A DNA stretch of 64,000 nt from NCBI GenBank assembly GCA_963818245.1, contig CAWFSD010000003.1, positions 14,492 through 78,491 of the forward strand. The letters are read 5' to 3'. The position numbers and the translations under genes were made by a program. The stretch comes from an uncultured Planctomycetota bacterium (GTDB lineage Bacteria > Planctomycetota > UBA11346). The stretch's first letter is position 1; each line of letters opens with the position of its first letter. The notes beneath the pieces were generated by a model. It saw nothing but the letters and a program-made list of their open reading frames with translations. It ran no database searches and had not been told where the DNA came from. Shown piece after piece: positions 17,159 through 26,933 of the stretch.

Positions 17159-19034
17159 GTGCGCCCAACAGCGCGCGTCATTTGCAGGGTGGAAGTCCCT
17201 GTCGGGGTGAAGGCATCCAGCCCCGTATCCGACCCCAACTGCGTCGCCGTGAGGCGGGGTGGAGAGCAGGGGAAGGGGAACTGGTGGCCCGTAGGAGGAC
17301 GAACGCGATGAGCGGTCTGATGATGAGGCGAGCCGACGACCGAAGGCGAAGCCGGGTGCCGAGGGGCGCTTGCGCGCATGACGAGTGGGAGCCTGTGAAG
17401 GCATGCGCGATGGTCATTGGGCGGTTGGCGACGGGACATCGGGACGGTGACGTGCGTGGACTGGGGATATCTGGGCGCAGCAGTGCCGGTGCAAGCCGGG
17501 CGTCCAGAAGACAGAGGCGTCGTACGAGCGATGAGTCCGGTGAAAGCCGGAGGAGCAAAGGACGCCAGGGAATCGGAAAGCCGTGAATCCGCAGGAGCCG
17601 AAGAACAACCCGGGACAAGTGCCCATGTTGGCTACGCCGACGGGAGAAGCCGATCCGTATGGATGGGTGGAACGGAGCGTGTGGACGGAACGGATGGTGG
17701 GGTGCCTCCGACGTGGAGGTCCCGACGGTGGGAAATGGTACAGCCTGCACGACAAGGTCTTCGCGACGAGGACGTTGGAGGCGGGCTTCGCCCGGGTATT
17801 GTCCAATCGAGGCGCCCCGGGCGTGGACGGCATGCGGGTGGAGGACTTTGGTAAGCGTCTGGGCGTGGAGATACCACTCCTGCAAGCGGCATGGGAGTCT
17901 GGGACGTACCAGCCCGATGCGGTGAAGCGGGTGTGGATTCCCAAGCCCGGGAGCAGCGAGAAGCGGCCGCTGGGCATCCCGACGGTGCGCGACCGGGTGG
18001 TGCAAGCCGCCCTGCTGCTGGTGCTGGAACCGATCTTCGAGAGCGACTTCCACGAGCACAGCTATGGCTTCCGGCCCGGGCGCAGCGCCCAGCAGGCGGC
18101 TGGAGCGGTGCTCGCCCAGCTGAAGGCAGGCCGCCTGAAGGTGGTGGACGCGGACCTGAAGTCGTACTTCGACAGCATCCCGCACGAGCGGTTGCTGGAT
18201 GCGGTGCGTCGCCGGGTCACGGATGGATGTGTGCTGTCGCTGATCGAGCAGTTCCTGAAGGCGGGAGTGATGGAGGATCGCAGTCTGATCTCACCCGAGG
18301 CGGGCACTCCGCAAGGAGGCGTGATCAGTCCGCTGCTGGCAAACATCTATCTCGACGCACTGGACCATGAGATGGCCAAGGCGGGATGGATGATGGTGCG
18401 CTATGCGGACGACTTCGTGATCCTCTGTCAGACGTCCGAGGAGGCGGGGCAGGCCTTGGCCGCGGTGCAGCACTGGACGGCGGAAGCCGGCTTGGTTCTG
18501 CATCCGACCAAGACCCGGATCGTCGATTTGGGCGAGCCCGGTGCCTGGTTCGACTTCCTCGGGTACCGCTTCAAGCGCCACGATCTTCCCGATGGCACCC
18601 TGCGCATCCTGCGCCTGATCCGGGACAAGAGCCTGGCTCGGGCACGCGATGCGATCAGGAGCATCACCCCGCGCAATGCCAGCGATGCCATGGAGAAGAT
18701 CATCCTCCGGGCAAATCGCTGGGCCCGAGGCTGGTTCGGATACTTCCGCAGCATCCATCGCAGCTGCCATGAACTCCTGGACGGCATGCTCCGCAGGCGA
18801 CTGCGCAGCATCCTCTCCCGGCGGCAAGGCCGCGAACGCTGGGGCCGCGGACATGCCCATATCCTCTGGCCCAATTCCCACTTCGATCGGCTTGGGCTGT
18901 TCTCACTGGCATGTGCCCACACCGAGTATCTCCACTCTCACTGAGAAAGCCGATGACTGGAGAGCCGTATGCGGGAAATCCGCCTGTACGGTTCGGAAGG
19001 AGGGGCGGCCCGAAAGGGCCGTCCCTACCCTTAT
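17159..19034 (+). mobile_element. Full-length group II intron (En-minus), 1876 nt
   Basis: 5' end GTGCGCCC at 17159. Domain V GAGCCGTATGCGGGAAATCCGCCTGTACGGTTC at ~18962-18994. Domain VI hairpin with bulged A ends ...CCCTACCCTTAT at 19034. RT ORF inside. Confidence 0.92.
17583..18944 (+). CDS. ltrA: Group II intron reverse transcriptase/maturase without an endonuclease domain
   Basis: Motifs GAPGVDG, RPLGIPTVRDRVVQ, SYGFRPGRS, GTPQGGVISPLLANIYL, RYADDF, FDFLGY and GWFGYF (domain X); no HNH tail. Confidence 0.96.
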   Translation: MNPQEPKNNPGQVPMLATPTGEADPYGWVERSVWTERMVGCLRRGGPDGGKWYSLHDKVFATRTLEAGFARVLSNRGAPGVDGMRVEDFGKRLGVEIPLLQAAWESGTYQPDAVKRVWIPKPGSSEKRPLGIPTVRDRVVQAALLLVLEPIFESDFHEHSYGFRPGRSAQQAAGAVLAQLKAGRLKVVDADLKSYFDSIPHERLLDAVRRRVTDGCVLSLIEQFLKAGVMEDRSLISPEAGTPQGGVISPLLANIYLDALDHEMAKAGWMMVRYADDFVILCQTSEEAGQALAAVQHWTAEAGLVLHPTKTRIVDLGEPGAWFDFLGYRFKRHDLPDGTLRILRLIRDKSLARARDAIRSITPRNASDAMEKIILRANRWARGWFGYFRSIHRSCHELLDGMLRRRLRSILSRRQGRERWGRGHAHILWPNSHFDRLGLFSLACAHTEYLHSH

Positions 19035-19350
19035 CCAGGACAGGTCCTGACAGTTCTTGCGGGGTCATCGGGTCTGATCGATACGAGGGCCCCCCCGGGT
19101 CACCCAAACCGCGCCCGCGCCGCCGCGCGCGCGGCGGGATCGAGCCCGGGCTGCCGTTGCCGTTGGAAACTCTGCGGATCGCGCTCTTCGCGCTCGAGCG
19201 TGGCGGCGGCGGGCGGCCCTTCCACACCGTAGGTGAAGGCCTCGCGCACGTGCGTCGCCTGTGGCTCCGGCGGCACGGCGGGCCGTTCAGCGGTGCTGTC
19301 GGGGCCTGGTGGCGGCGGGGGGTCGCGGTCGTTGCCGGAGGTCGGAGCGG

Positions 19351-19539
19351 TCACGGCCGACCCCGCAGGTGGCGCCGGCAGTGCTGGGACCACTCGCTGG
19401 CGATGGCGCGGTGCTCGACCTCGTGGAGGCGCTGCGCGGGGTCCTCGATCAGTACGATCCAGCGCCGCAGCAGGGCGCGGTGACGCTCGGCGATGCCGGC
19501 CGGGGCCTCGGCCACACGCGTACGCAGGGTCTCTTCCAT
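19351..19539 (-). CDS. Small hypothetical protein, possibly coupled by a GTGA overlap to a second small ORF (19354-19100)
   Basis: GC3-rich codons and a start/stop overlap; no recognisable family. Confidence 0.3.
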   Translation of the reverse strand: MEETLRTRVAEAPAGIAERHRALLRRWIVLIEDPAQRLHEVEHRAIASEWSQHCRRHLRGRP

Positions 19540-19727
19540 GCGCCGGCCATTCCATCACGCCCTGGCGGTGCGCCAGCATGGCAGCGTCCGCACCCCCGGG
19601 CGAGCCTTGCGACCGTCCGGTCCGCGTCTACGAGGAGACTCGCTCCCGGTGGCCCCGCGCTGCGCATGGTTCCGCCCTCATCCCTCGATCCCCCGTCCGG
19701 CACACCGACCCTCGCCCAGCGGTTGAC

Positions 19728-19867
19728 CAGTTTCGAGTTTCGAGCTTCGAGACCCGAGACCCGAAACCCGAGACCCTAGCTTCGCGTCTCGCGTCTCGCC
19801 ACTCGCTACTCGCTACTCGCTACTCGCTACTCGCTACTCGCTACTCGCTACTCGTAACTCGCAACTC
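19728..19867. repeat. Composite heptamer tandem array (TTTCGAG, GAGACCC, TCGCGTC, ACTCGCT x~8, AACTCGC)
   Basis: Read directly; successive different 7-mers. Confidence 0.9.
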
Positions 19868-19896
19868 CCCATGCCCCACCCTCTCCACCTGCCCCG

Positions 19897-20523
19897 ATGA
19901 GCTCCACCCGCCCCCGCTGGGTCCGGTTGCTGCGCTGGTGGTTCGCCGGCCTGCTGGGGCGCGGCCAGCATCTCGCCGGGATGCGGCTGGTGGTCGCGGG
20001 CCTGGCGGTGGGCCTGGCTGGCGGCTGGCTGATGGGCAAGAACCTGCGCATCGTCAGCATCGCCGAGCTGACCCTGCCCCGACCGGTGGTGCCGGCGGCG
20101 CCGGGCACGCACTGGGCCAAGGTGCTGACCACCGGCTACTGCCCGTGCACGCTGTGCTGCGGGCCCTTCGCCACGGGCGTCACCAGCATCGGCCATGACG
20201 TGCGCCACCTGCCCTTCGGCATCGCGGCGGCGCCGGCCCTGCTGCCGTACCGGCTGTGGCTCGACGTGCCGGGCTATGGGCGGGCCGAGATCGACGACAC
20301 CGGCGGAGCGATGCGCCAGGATGCGGGCAAGGGCGTCATCCACCTCGATCTGCGCTTCGTGACCCATGCCGAGGCGCTGCGCTGGGGGCGCCGCTCGATG
20401 TACCTCGCCCTGCCCGATGGCCTGCCGCTGGCGCAGGCCGCCCCGCCGCGACCCGCGGCGCCCGCGGCGACCAGCCCCGGCGTTCCTGCGGCCGCGCCAT
20501 TGCCCGGACAGGATCGGCAGTGA
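19897..20523 (+). CDS. 3D (Asp-Asp-Asp) domain protein, membrane-anchored
   Basis: Motifs TTGYCPCTLCCG, DVPGYGRAEIDDTGGAM and HLDLRFVTHAEALRWGRR. Confidence 0.85.
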   Translation: MSSTRPRWVRLLRWWFAGLLGRGQHLAGMRLVVAGLAVGLAGGWLMGKNLRIVSIAELTLPRPVVPAAPGTHWAKVLTTGYCPCTLCCGPFATGVTSIGHDVRHLPFGIAAAPALLPYRLWLDVPGYGRAEIDDTGGAMRQDAGKGVIHLDLRFVTHAEALRWGRRSMYLALPDGLPLAQAAPPRPAAPAATSPGVPAAAPLPGQDRQ

Positions 20524-20640
20524 ACGGCGTCCGGGGGTATGGTCCTCCGACCGTGGACCAGCCGTCGACCCTGCCCCACACCGGGGTTGGCGGGATCCGG
20601 CCCGCACCTATCCTGTCCCGCCAGCCGTGAGGTACCCGCC

Positions 20641-21438
20641 ATGACCCTGCGCCACGCCCTGACGTTCACCTGCTCGCTGCTCGGCGCGCTGGCCGCCCTC
20701 CACGCGGAAGACAGCTACGAGAAGCCCAAGAACCCGGCCGGCCCACCCATGCTCGGCGTGGAGATGACCCCGGTGCCGATCTCCGTCCAGGAGAAGGAGG
20801 GCCTGCAGCCCGGCCAGGGGGTGCTGGTGCAGAGCATCTTCAACGACACCGCCGCGCAGAGCATGCACCTGCAGCCCGGCGACGTGGTCCTGGCGGTCAA
20901 CGGCCAGCAGATCGGCAGCATGACCGACCTGCGCAACGAAGTCGGCCTCAACCAGCCCGGCGATCCCATCGACGTCACCTACCAGCGCGGTGGTCAGCAG
21001 TTCCTGGCCAGCGGCACCATCAAGCCCTGGCCGACCAACATCCCGCGCGAGCCCATCGATCCGGCCATGGAGAAGCAGTTCCAGGACTGGCAGCAGCACC
21101 GCCTGGAGCGCAGCCAGGACGAGATCAACGACCTGCAGAAGCAGGCCGACCGGCTCGCCCAGGCCGCCGCGGCCCAGAACGCCGCCGCCGACCAGGACGC
21201 CTTCGGCGGCCTGCGCCTGGCCGGTCCGGAGAAGGAGGAGCTGGCCGCCAAGGGCTGGCACTTCACCTACCGCTACCACCCGGCCTTCCCCGCCGCCGTC
21301 CCGGGCGCCGCGCTGGTCGAGGCCCCGGTCTTCGACGACGGGCAGGCCGCCCCGCTGCCGCCCTGGCACTTCGACTGGCGCGTCGGCGACGCGGCCAAGG
21401 AGCCCCGTGCGCCCCGCCACGTGAAGGACCCGATCTGA
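20641..21438 (+). CDS. Secreted PDZ-domain protein
   Basis: Signal peptide; MLGVEM...GVLVQSIFNDTAA...LQPGDVVLAVNG. Confidence 0.85.
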   Translation: MTLRHALTFTCSLLGALAALHAEDSYEKPKNPAGPPMLGVEMTPVPISVQEKEGLQPGQGVLVQSIFNDTAAQSMHLQPGDVVLAVNGQQIGSMTDLRNEVGLNQPGDPIDVTYQRGGQQFLASGTIKPWPTNIPREPIDPAMEKQFQDWQQHRLERSQDEINDLQKQADRLAQAAAAQNAAADQDAFGGLRLAGPEKEELAAKGWHFTYRYHPAFPAAVPGAALVEAPVFDDGQAAPLPPWHFDWRVGDAAKEPRAPRHVKDPI

Positions 21439-22172
21439 TGCGCTGCGCCCCGCCCGCCCTGCCCCGCGCTCTCGCCCTGCTCGCCCTCCTGGCGCCGGTG
21501 GCGGCGCTGCGCGCGGCCGACGCCACCCCGCCGGCCCCGGCCACCACCACGCCGCTGCCCGGCCCCGACCGCACCCCGCGCCCGGTCTTCGGCATCGTCC
21601 CGGACGACAACGCCTCGATCTTCGACGCCACCGGCCTGGCCGTGCAGTCGGTCAACCCGGGCAGCACCGCCGCGTCCTTCGGCGTCCAGGCCGGCGACGT
21701 GATCAAGACCTTCAACGGCCAGGCGATCGCCACCCAGGCCGACCTCGCCGGCGCGCTCGGCAAGCTCAAGGTCGGCGACACCGTGACGGTCGAGATCGCG
21801 CGCAAGACCGGCGACAAGGTCACGCGCAAGAGCATGTCCGGCCCGCTGCGGCCCGCGCTGTCCGCGCCCGGGCTGGGCCCGCAGATCGCCAAGGTGCGCG
21901 AGGCCATCGAGCGCACCGAGGCGGCGCTCAAGGAGGGCTCCGCCAAGAAGCAGATCTCCCTCGCCGAGATGCTGCGCCAGCTCAAGGACATCGAGGAGGC
22001 CATGCCGGCCGCGGTCGCCGAGTTCAAGAAGCAGTACCCGAACGGCGACTTCACCATCTCGATCAAGATCGACATCGTCAGCGACAAGAGCAGCAAGCAG
22101 CCGGTCGAGGTCGGCAACCAGGCGGGCGCCGACGTCAAGGGCGACAAGCCCGCCGAGCCCAAGAAGCCCTGA
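21438..22172 (+). CDS. Secreted PDZ-domain protein
   Basis: Signal peptide; VFGI...VQSVNPGSTAASFGVQAGDVIKTFNG; TGATG coupling with the upstream gene. Confidence 0.85.
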   Translation: MRCAPPALPRALALLALLAPVAALRAADATPPAPATTTPLPGPDRTPRPVFGIVPDDNASIFDATGLAVQSVNPGSTAASFGVQAGDVIKTFNGQAIATQADLAGALGKLKVGDTVTVEIARKTGDKVTRKSMSGPLRPALSAPGLGPQIAKVREAIERTEAALKEGSAKKQISLAEMLRQLKDIEEAMPAAVAEFKKQYPNGDFTISIKIDIVSDKSSKQPVEVGNQAGADVKGDKPAEPKKP

Positions 22173-22183
22173 CGGGCGGACCG

Positions 22184-22633
22184 GTGAGCGCGCCCGCCCC
22201 TGACGCCGACGCGGGCCTGCCGCCGTGGTGGGGCGGCCTGCGCGCGGGCGCCGCGTGCTACGACGCGGGGCGCTACTGGCACGCGCACGAGGCCTGGGAA
22301 GAGGTCTGGCACCGCTACCGCGCCCTCGACCGCCACTACTTCAAGGGCCTCATCCAGTTCACCGCCGCCTGCCACCACCTGACGCGCGCGCGCTGGAGCG
22401 CGGCGCGCCGGCTGCTCGACCTGGGCCCGGCGCACCTGGTCGCCAACCGCCCGCACGCCTGGCCGGTCGACACCGCGCACCTGCTGGTGGTCGCCGCGGT
22501 GCTGGCCGCGGCCATCGACCGCGGCCGGCATCCCCGGCCCCCGGCCCTGCACCTGACGCGCATGATCGACCACCGCCGGGGCGAGCACCTGGGCGACGGG
22601 CACCTGGCCGGTGCGGCGGCGACGTCCGGCTGA
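22184..22633 (+). CDS. DUF309 family protein (putative metal-dependent hydrolase)
   Basis: Motifs YWHAHEAWEEVW and YFKGLIQFTAACHH. Confidence 0.88.
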   Translation: MSAPAPDADAGLPPWWGGLRAGAACYDAGRYWHAHEAWEEVWHRYRALDRHYFKGLIQFTAACHHLTRARWSAARRLLDLGPAHLVANRPHAWPVDTAHLLVVAAVLAAAIDRGRHPRPPALHLTRMIDHRRGEHLGDGHLAGAAATSG

Positions 22634-22927
22634 GCGGTCCGCGCCGCCGGGTGGCGCAGACCGGTCCTGGAGCGCGGTCCGCTGCACGCGGCCACGCGTC
22701 CCGCCAATCCTTGACCCATCGCTGTCCCGATCTTCATCGGGGCGCCATAGGGGGATGGAAACGTCCTGTACATGATCCCCACGTCGCACCGCGAGCTCCT
22801 CCGCATCCGCTGCGCGCGCGACGCATGCCCAATTCCGCGGGGGATTTCTGACGAGGGAGTATGCACTCCGTCAATGCGACAGGCCGGAATACCCCGGCGC
22901 CCGCCTTGCGTTGCAAGTCTGGCGGGC

Positions 22928-22946
22928 TGCAAGGTGCAACCTTGCA
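22928..22946. promoter_or_regulatory. Palindromic operator candidate upstream of the pseudopilin cassette
   Basis: Perfect inverted repeat TGCAAGGT-GCA-ACCTTGCA ~50 bp before the ATG at 22999. Confidence 0.45.
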
Positions 22947-22998
22947 ATCGTGGCGCTGCGGGTGATACATCACCTCCGTTCGCCGCAGCTGGATCTCC

Positions 22999-25590
22999 AT
23001 GGCCCCTCGTCCTCCCCATCCGCGAGCCGCCCTCCGGCCCTGGTCCACGCGCGCCACGGCGCGCTCGCGCGGGGCGCTCACGCTGATCGAGATCGCGTTC
23101 TCGCTGGTCATCCTCGTGTTCGGCGTGGTCAGCGCGATGCTGCTCTTCCCCGCTGGGCTCAAGGCGCAGCAGCTGTCGCGCTTCCAGCTCTACGCCTGCG
23201 CCAAGGCGCAGGAGATGATCGACAGCTTCAACTCCAGCCACAACGCGAACCCGGCGATCGACACCGAGGCCTTCAACCCGTGGGACGTCCCGGTCAGCCG
23301 CCGTACCCAGGCCTGGGACCTGGAAGAGCGCCTGTCGTCGAACAGCTTCGGCATGCTGCCGCTGCCCATGGACATCGCCAAGCGCCTCGATTCCGACGGC
23401 GACGAGATCCAGCGCATCCTCTCCGAGGGGGGCTACCTCTACTACTCGCAGCCCATGGCCACCACCAACCTGCAGGAGAGCAGCCTGCAGACCACGCCGG
23501 CCAACGAGGCCCAGCGCCTGGTGTGCGCGGTCAGCGGCTACGCGCAGAACAACGCGCTGCACATCTTCCCGTGGAAGAACTGGCCGTACGTCACGCCCTA
23601 CCCGTCGCCGCCGATCCACGGGCTGCACTACCCGGACTTCCTGGCGCCCAAGGGCGCCCAGACGCCGACCACCTTCCGCTGGGTGGACTCCTGGACGGAC
23701 GGGAAGAACGCGGACGGCACGGACAAGGTCGTCACCGCCAACGACGGCAAGACCGCCTCCTACTGCTGGGAGGAGACCTCCGACCCGGACATCCAGAAGG
23801 TATTCAGCTGGCGGGAGCGCAACGACAGTTACGGCTACTTCCCCTACTGCTGCGGGACACTCAGCCACAAAGGCAGCGGCATCGACCCGACGCAGCCCGC
23901 GACCAGCCAGCCCATCGACATCCCCAGCGCGGTCGTTCCCGACTACAAGGGCGCCCTGCGCTACTTCGAGGCGGCGCTGTGGTACTGCAAGCAGAAGGGG
24001 CTGCGGCCGGAGTTCTACAATCCGCCGCCCGAGGTCCTGGCCACCTACAATCCAGTGGCCCAGCCGCTCTCGGCCGACCGGGACTTCCCCTTCGAGCCCC
24101 AGACCAAACCAGAGGACCGTTGGAAGCAGGTCCAGGCGATGCGCTTCCTCGCGCACGCGGCGACCTGCCTGACGCGCTGGTACAGTTCGGCCGAACTCGG
24201 CGCGACCGGCTCGCCGCTGGACATCTGCACGGGCAGGACCAGCCCGACCTCGGACGATGACCCGATGGTGGTCCTTCCGCAATTCGCCACCCTCACCTAT
24301 GCCTACACGGTCGGCGTCAACATCCCGGACGTCACGCTCGACACCCTCGCCGGTCCGTTCGCGTTCGACAACACCCAGCCCGCGGCGCCCGGAACCGCCG
24401 CCGGGTCCCCGCTGCCGGTGCAGCACACCGTGGCCGTCGCGGGCAAGCAGTTCTCGCGCCTCACCCACCACCACATCCTCTACTACCACGAGCGCTGCCT
24501 GCGCCTGATCATGGCCTACGCGGCGGCCAACCCCTACGACTGGGGGGCGCCGCGACCGCTGCAGCGCAGCATCATGACGGACTTCCCGCTGTTCGAGTCC
24601 GACCTTTTCTCCAACCCGCAGGTGGGGCTGCCCTTCAACGTCACCGACGTGGGCAAGACCTCCGCGCAGTGGAAGCCGATCCCGGGCCAGCCGATCTCGA
24701 ACCTGGGGCGCGGCTACATGTTCCCGGGCTACGCGCCGCCGGGCATGCCGTACGACGCGGCGCAGCGGATTCCCGACAGCATCTACTACCAGCGCGCCCA
24801 GCGGCCGGACGGGTCGTACTACTACCCGCAGAACCCGGATGGGACCTACAGGTACATCGACGACAAGGTGACCGAGCGCCACGCGGTCAGCCCATATATT
24901 CCCGCCAACGTCGATCCCTTCTGGGGCAACCCGGCGCACTTCACCCTGACCGCCAAGTTCACCCCGGACGAGCGCTGCCGCGAGATCGTCTTCTGGATGG
25001 TCGATTGGCAGTCGTACGAGGACTTCGAGCTGGCGCCCAGCGCGCCGGTCGACGCGGCGCGCTACCCCTTCGCGGGCCCGTTGCTGGACGGCTCGGTCAG
25101 CACCGCGACCGATCCGAACCAGTACGCGACCCTGCAGCGGCGCATGAGCAACGACGACTCCATGCCGAGCACCAACAGCCACCCCACCGGCATCGAGTTC
25201 CGCGACGAGCAGCTCTACACCTACCGCAACCCCGAGAAGGTTCTGCTCTTCAAGACCGACGTGTCGGACAAGGACACCGGCTACCCCTTGGTGAAGCAGC
25301 ACGTCGATACGACCGTCACGCCGAACAAGCTGGTGACCGACTACTCCTTCGAGATCCTCAACGAGAGCGGCACCGACCAGGGGCTCGGCAGGTCCACCGA
25401 CGCGATCGCTCCGGGCGATGCCCCGCACAGCATCGACGCGCGCGCCATCTTCCGCGGCCAGTGGGGCGCGGACCGCAACTTCAACAAGCGCCTCGACCGC
25501 GGCCCGGTCCCGCGCTCGGTGCGCCTGCGCGCCGTGCCGGTCGCGCGCTTCCTGTACTACGACCCGCGCGTCCCGGCGATGATCCATTGA
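22999..25590 (+). CDS. Large prepilin-type N-terminal cleavage/methylation protein (PilV-like N-terminus, 863 aa)
   Basis: RSRGA^LTLIEIAFSLVILVFGVVSAMLLFPAGLK is a class III signal with E5. Confidence 0.85.
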   Translation: MAPRPPHPRAALRPWSTRATARSRGALTLIEIAFSLVILVFGVVSAMLLFPAGLKAQQLSRFQLYACAKAQEMIDSFNSSHNANPAIDTEAFNPWDVPVSRRTQAWDLEERLSSNSFGMLPLPMDIAKRLDSDGDEIQRILSEGGYLYYSQPMATTNLQESSLQTTPANEAQRLVCAVSGYAQNNALHIFPWKNWPYVTPYPSPPIHGLHYPDFLAPKGAQTPTTFRWVDSWTDGKNADGTDKVVTANDGKTASYCWEETSDPDIQKVFSWRERNDSYGYFPYCCGTLSHKGSGIDPTQPATSQPIDIPSAVVPDYKGALRYFEAALWYCKQKGLRPEFYNPPPEVLATYNPVAQPLSADRDFPFEPQTKPEDRWKQVQAMRFLAHAATCLTRWYSSAELGATGSPLDICTGRTSPTSDDDPMVVLPQFATLTYAYTVGVNIPDVTLDTLAGPFAFDNTQPAAPGTAAGSPLPVQHTVAVAGKQFSRLTHHHILYYHERCLRLIMAYAAANPYDWGAPRPLQRSIMTDFPLFESDLFSNPQVGLPFNVTDVGKTSAQWKPIPGQPISNLGRGYMFPGYAPPGMPYDAAQRIPDSIYYQRAQRPDGSYYYPQNPDGTYRYIDDKVTERHAVSPYIPANVDPFWGNPAHFTLTAKFTPDERCREIVFWMVDWQSYEDFELAPSAPVDAARYPFAGPLLDGSVSTATDPNQYATLQRRMSNDDSMPSTNSHPTGIEFRDEQLYTYRNPEKVLLFKTDVSDKDTGYPLVKQHVDTTVTPNKLVTDYSFEILNESGTDQGLGRSTDAIAPGDAPHSIDARAIFRGQWGADRNFNKRLDRGPVPRSVRLRAVPVARFLYYDPRVPAMIH

Positions 25591-25598
25591 GCCCGCCG

Positions 25599-26933
25599 AT
25601 GCCCGCTCTCCGCCATCCGTCTCCGCGCCGCCGCAGCGGCTTCACCCTGGTCGAGGTGCTGATCGCGAGCGCGATGGGCGTCGTGATCATCGGCACCGCC
25701 TTCGCCGCCTTCCGCGTCGCCTCGCAGACCGTGACCATCGCCAACCGGCTCTCGCTCGAGAACGCCATGATGCGGGCGGGCTTCAGCAAGGCGCAAGAGG
25801 AGCTGGATTTCTGGCAGGCCTACGACGACCCCGGCACCACCCAGGGTGAGAACCTGCGCGCGGCCCTGGCGCCGGTGCCCCAGCAGGGCGCGCACGGCCT
25901 GATCTTCGCGCCGATGATCACGCTCATGCCCTCGCCGACGTTTTCCACCGACGCCGCCGAAGGGGCCCAGGGCTGGGACGACCACGCCTGGCTGCCCAGC
26001 GACTCCCGCACCTGGTACCGCGGGAACATGGCCGAGAAGTGCGACAGCGCGCTGCTGTTCGGGCGCTACGCGATCTTCTCCAGCGCCGATTCCGGAGCGA
26101 CCTCCTTCTACTCCGATGCGGGTTCGCCAGCGGTCGGCACCCCCGTGGGCGACCCGCCGGTGGTCCCGCCGGCGGTGGCGCCGATCAGCGACTACTCCGG
26201 CGTCACCGTGCCGCACCACTGGCACGACCGCCAGCTCAGCGCCTTCCTCAGGAACACCAGCCGCTACATGCTCAGCGAGTACCTGCCGGCCAACACCATC
26301 TACTGCTACGCCGAGAGCTACTCCGGCGGCAAGACCGACAAGGGCGGGATCCCGCTGCCGACGATCCAGCCGGGCGACGTCAACGCCTTCTGCAATCAGG
26401 ACGGCAACCAGAAGAACGCGCGCGGGCGGTACCGCCAGACCTACCGGACGAGCTGGACGGTACCACCCAACGACCCGCAGGTGCAGCCCGGCGGCCCGGC
26501 CGACCCGACCATCTTCACCGAGCGCTGGAAGAGCCAGCGGCGCTACTTCGAGACCGGCTACGCGAGCACACCCGAATCGCTCGACGACTTCGTGCACCTG
26601 ACCACCATCACCAGTCCCGTGCTCGATGTGGCGCCGGCGAACTGGCCGCGGGTGGCGGTGTCGGTCAACCGCTTCATCAAGAACGCGCGCAGCATCGCGC
26701 TGTTCCGGCTGCGGCTGAGCAATCCGGAGACCGGCAGCGTCTATGAACTGAGCTTCACCGGCTTCGGCACCACCCTGCGCGGCGCGCGCCAGCAGCGCTA
26801 CTTCGATCCGAGCGACCCCAGCCCGGCCAACGATCCGGGCCGGCGGCGGGGCTGGGCGAACTGGGACGATCCCATCCCAGGGCAGACCCCTGCGCCCATC
26901 CCCGACCCGACCCTCGACACCTCCACGCCCTGA
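25599..26933 (+). CDS. Prepilin-type N-terminal cleavage/methylation protein (PilW/GspJ-like N-terminus)
   Basis: RRRSG^FTLVEVLIASAMGVVIIGTAF. Confidence 0.88.
   Translation: MPALRHPSPRRRSGFTLVEVLIASAMGVVIIGTAFAAFRVASQTVTIANRLSLENAMMRAGFSKAQEELDFWQAYDDPGTTQGENLRAALAPVPQQGAHGLIFAPMITLMPSPTFSTDAAEGAQGWDDHAWLPSDSRTWYRGNMAEKCDSALLFGRYAIFSSADSGATSFYSDAGSPAVGTPVGDPPVVPPAVAPISDYSGVTVPHHWHDRQLSAFLRNTSRYMLSEYLPANTIYCYAESYSGGKTDKGGIPLPTIQPGDVNAFCNQDGNQKNARGRYRQTYRTSWTVPPNDPQVQPGGPADPTIFTERWKSQRRYFETGYASTPESLDDFVHLTTITSPVLDVAPANWPRVAVSVNRFIKNARSIALFRLRLSNPETGSVYELSFTGFGTTLRGARQQRYFDPSDPSPANDPGRRRGWANWDDPIPGQTPAPIPDPTLDTSTP

Noticed and set aside
17583..18944. RT as a DGR, retron or defence RT, or as the source of the heptamer arrays
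   Set aside because: It has RT0, YADD and domain X and sits inside a canonical GTGCG...DV/DVI-AT intron. No TR/VR pair, msr-msd or heptamer template was seen.
22336..25587. Very long antisense or alternate-frame ORFs (e.g. 22336-25587 -, 34274-37870 -, 56676-60437 +, 12212-14374 +)
   Set aside because: These are shadow ORFs expected from stop-codon scarcity opposite real genes in high-GC DNA; they are Arg/Gly/Ala-rich with no motifs.
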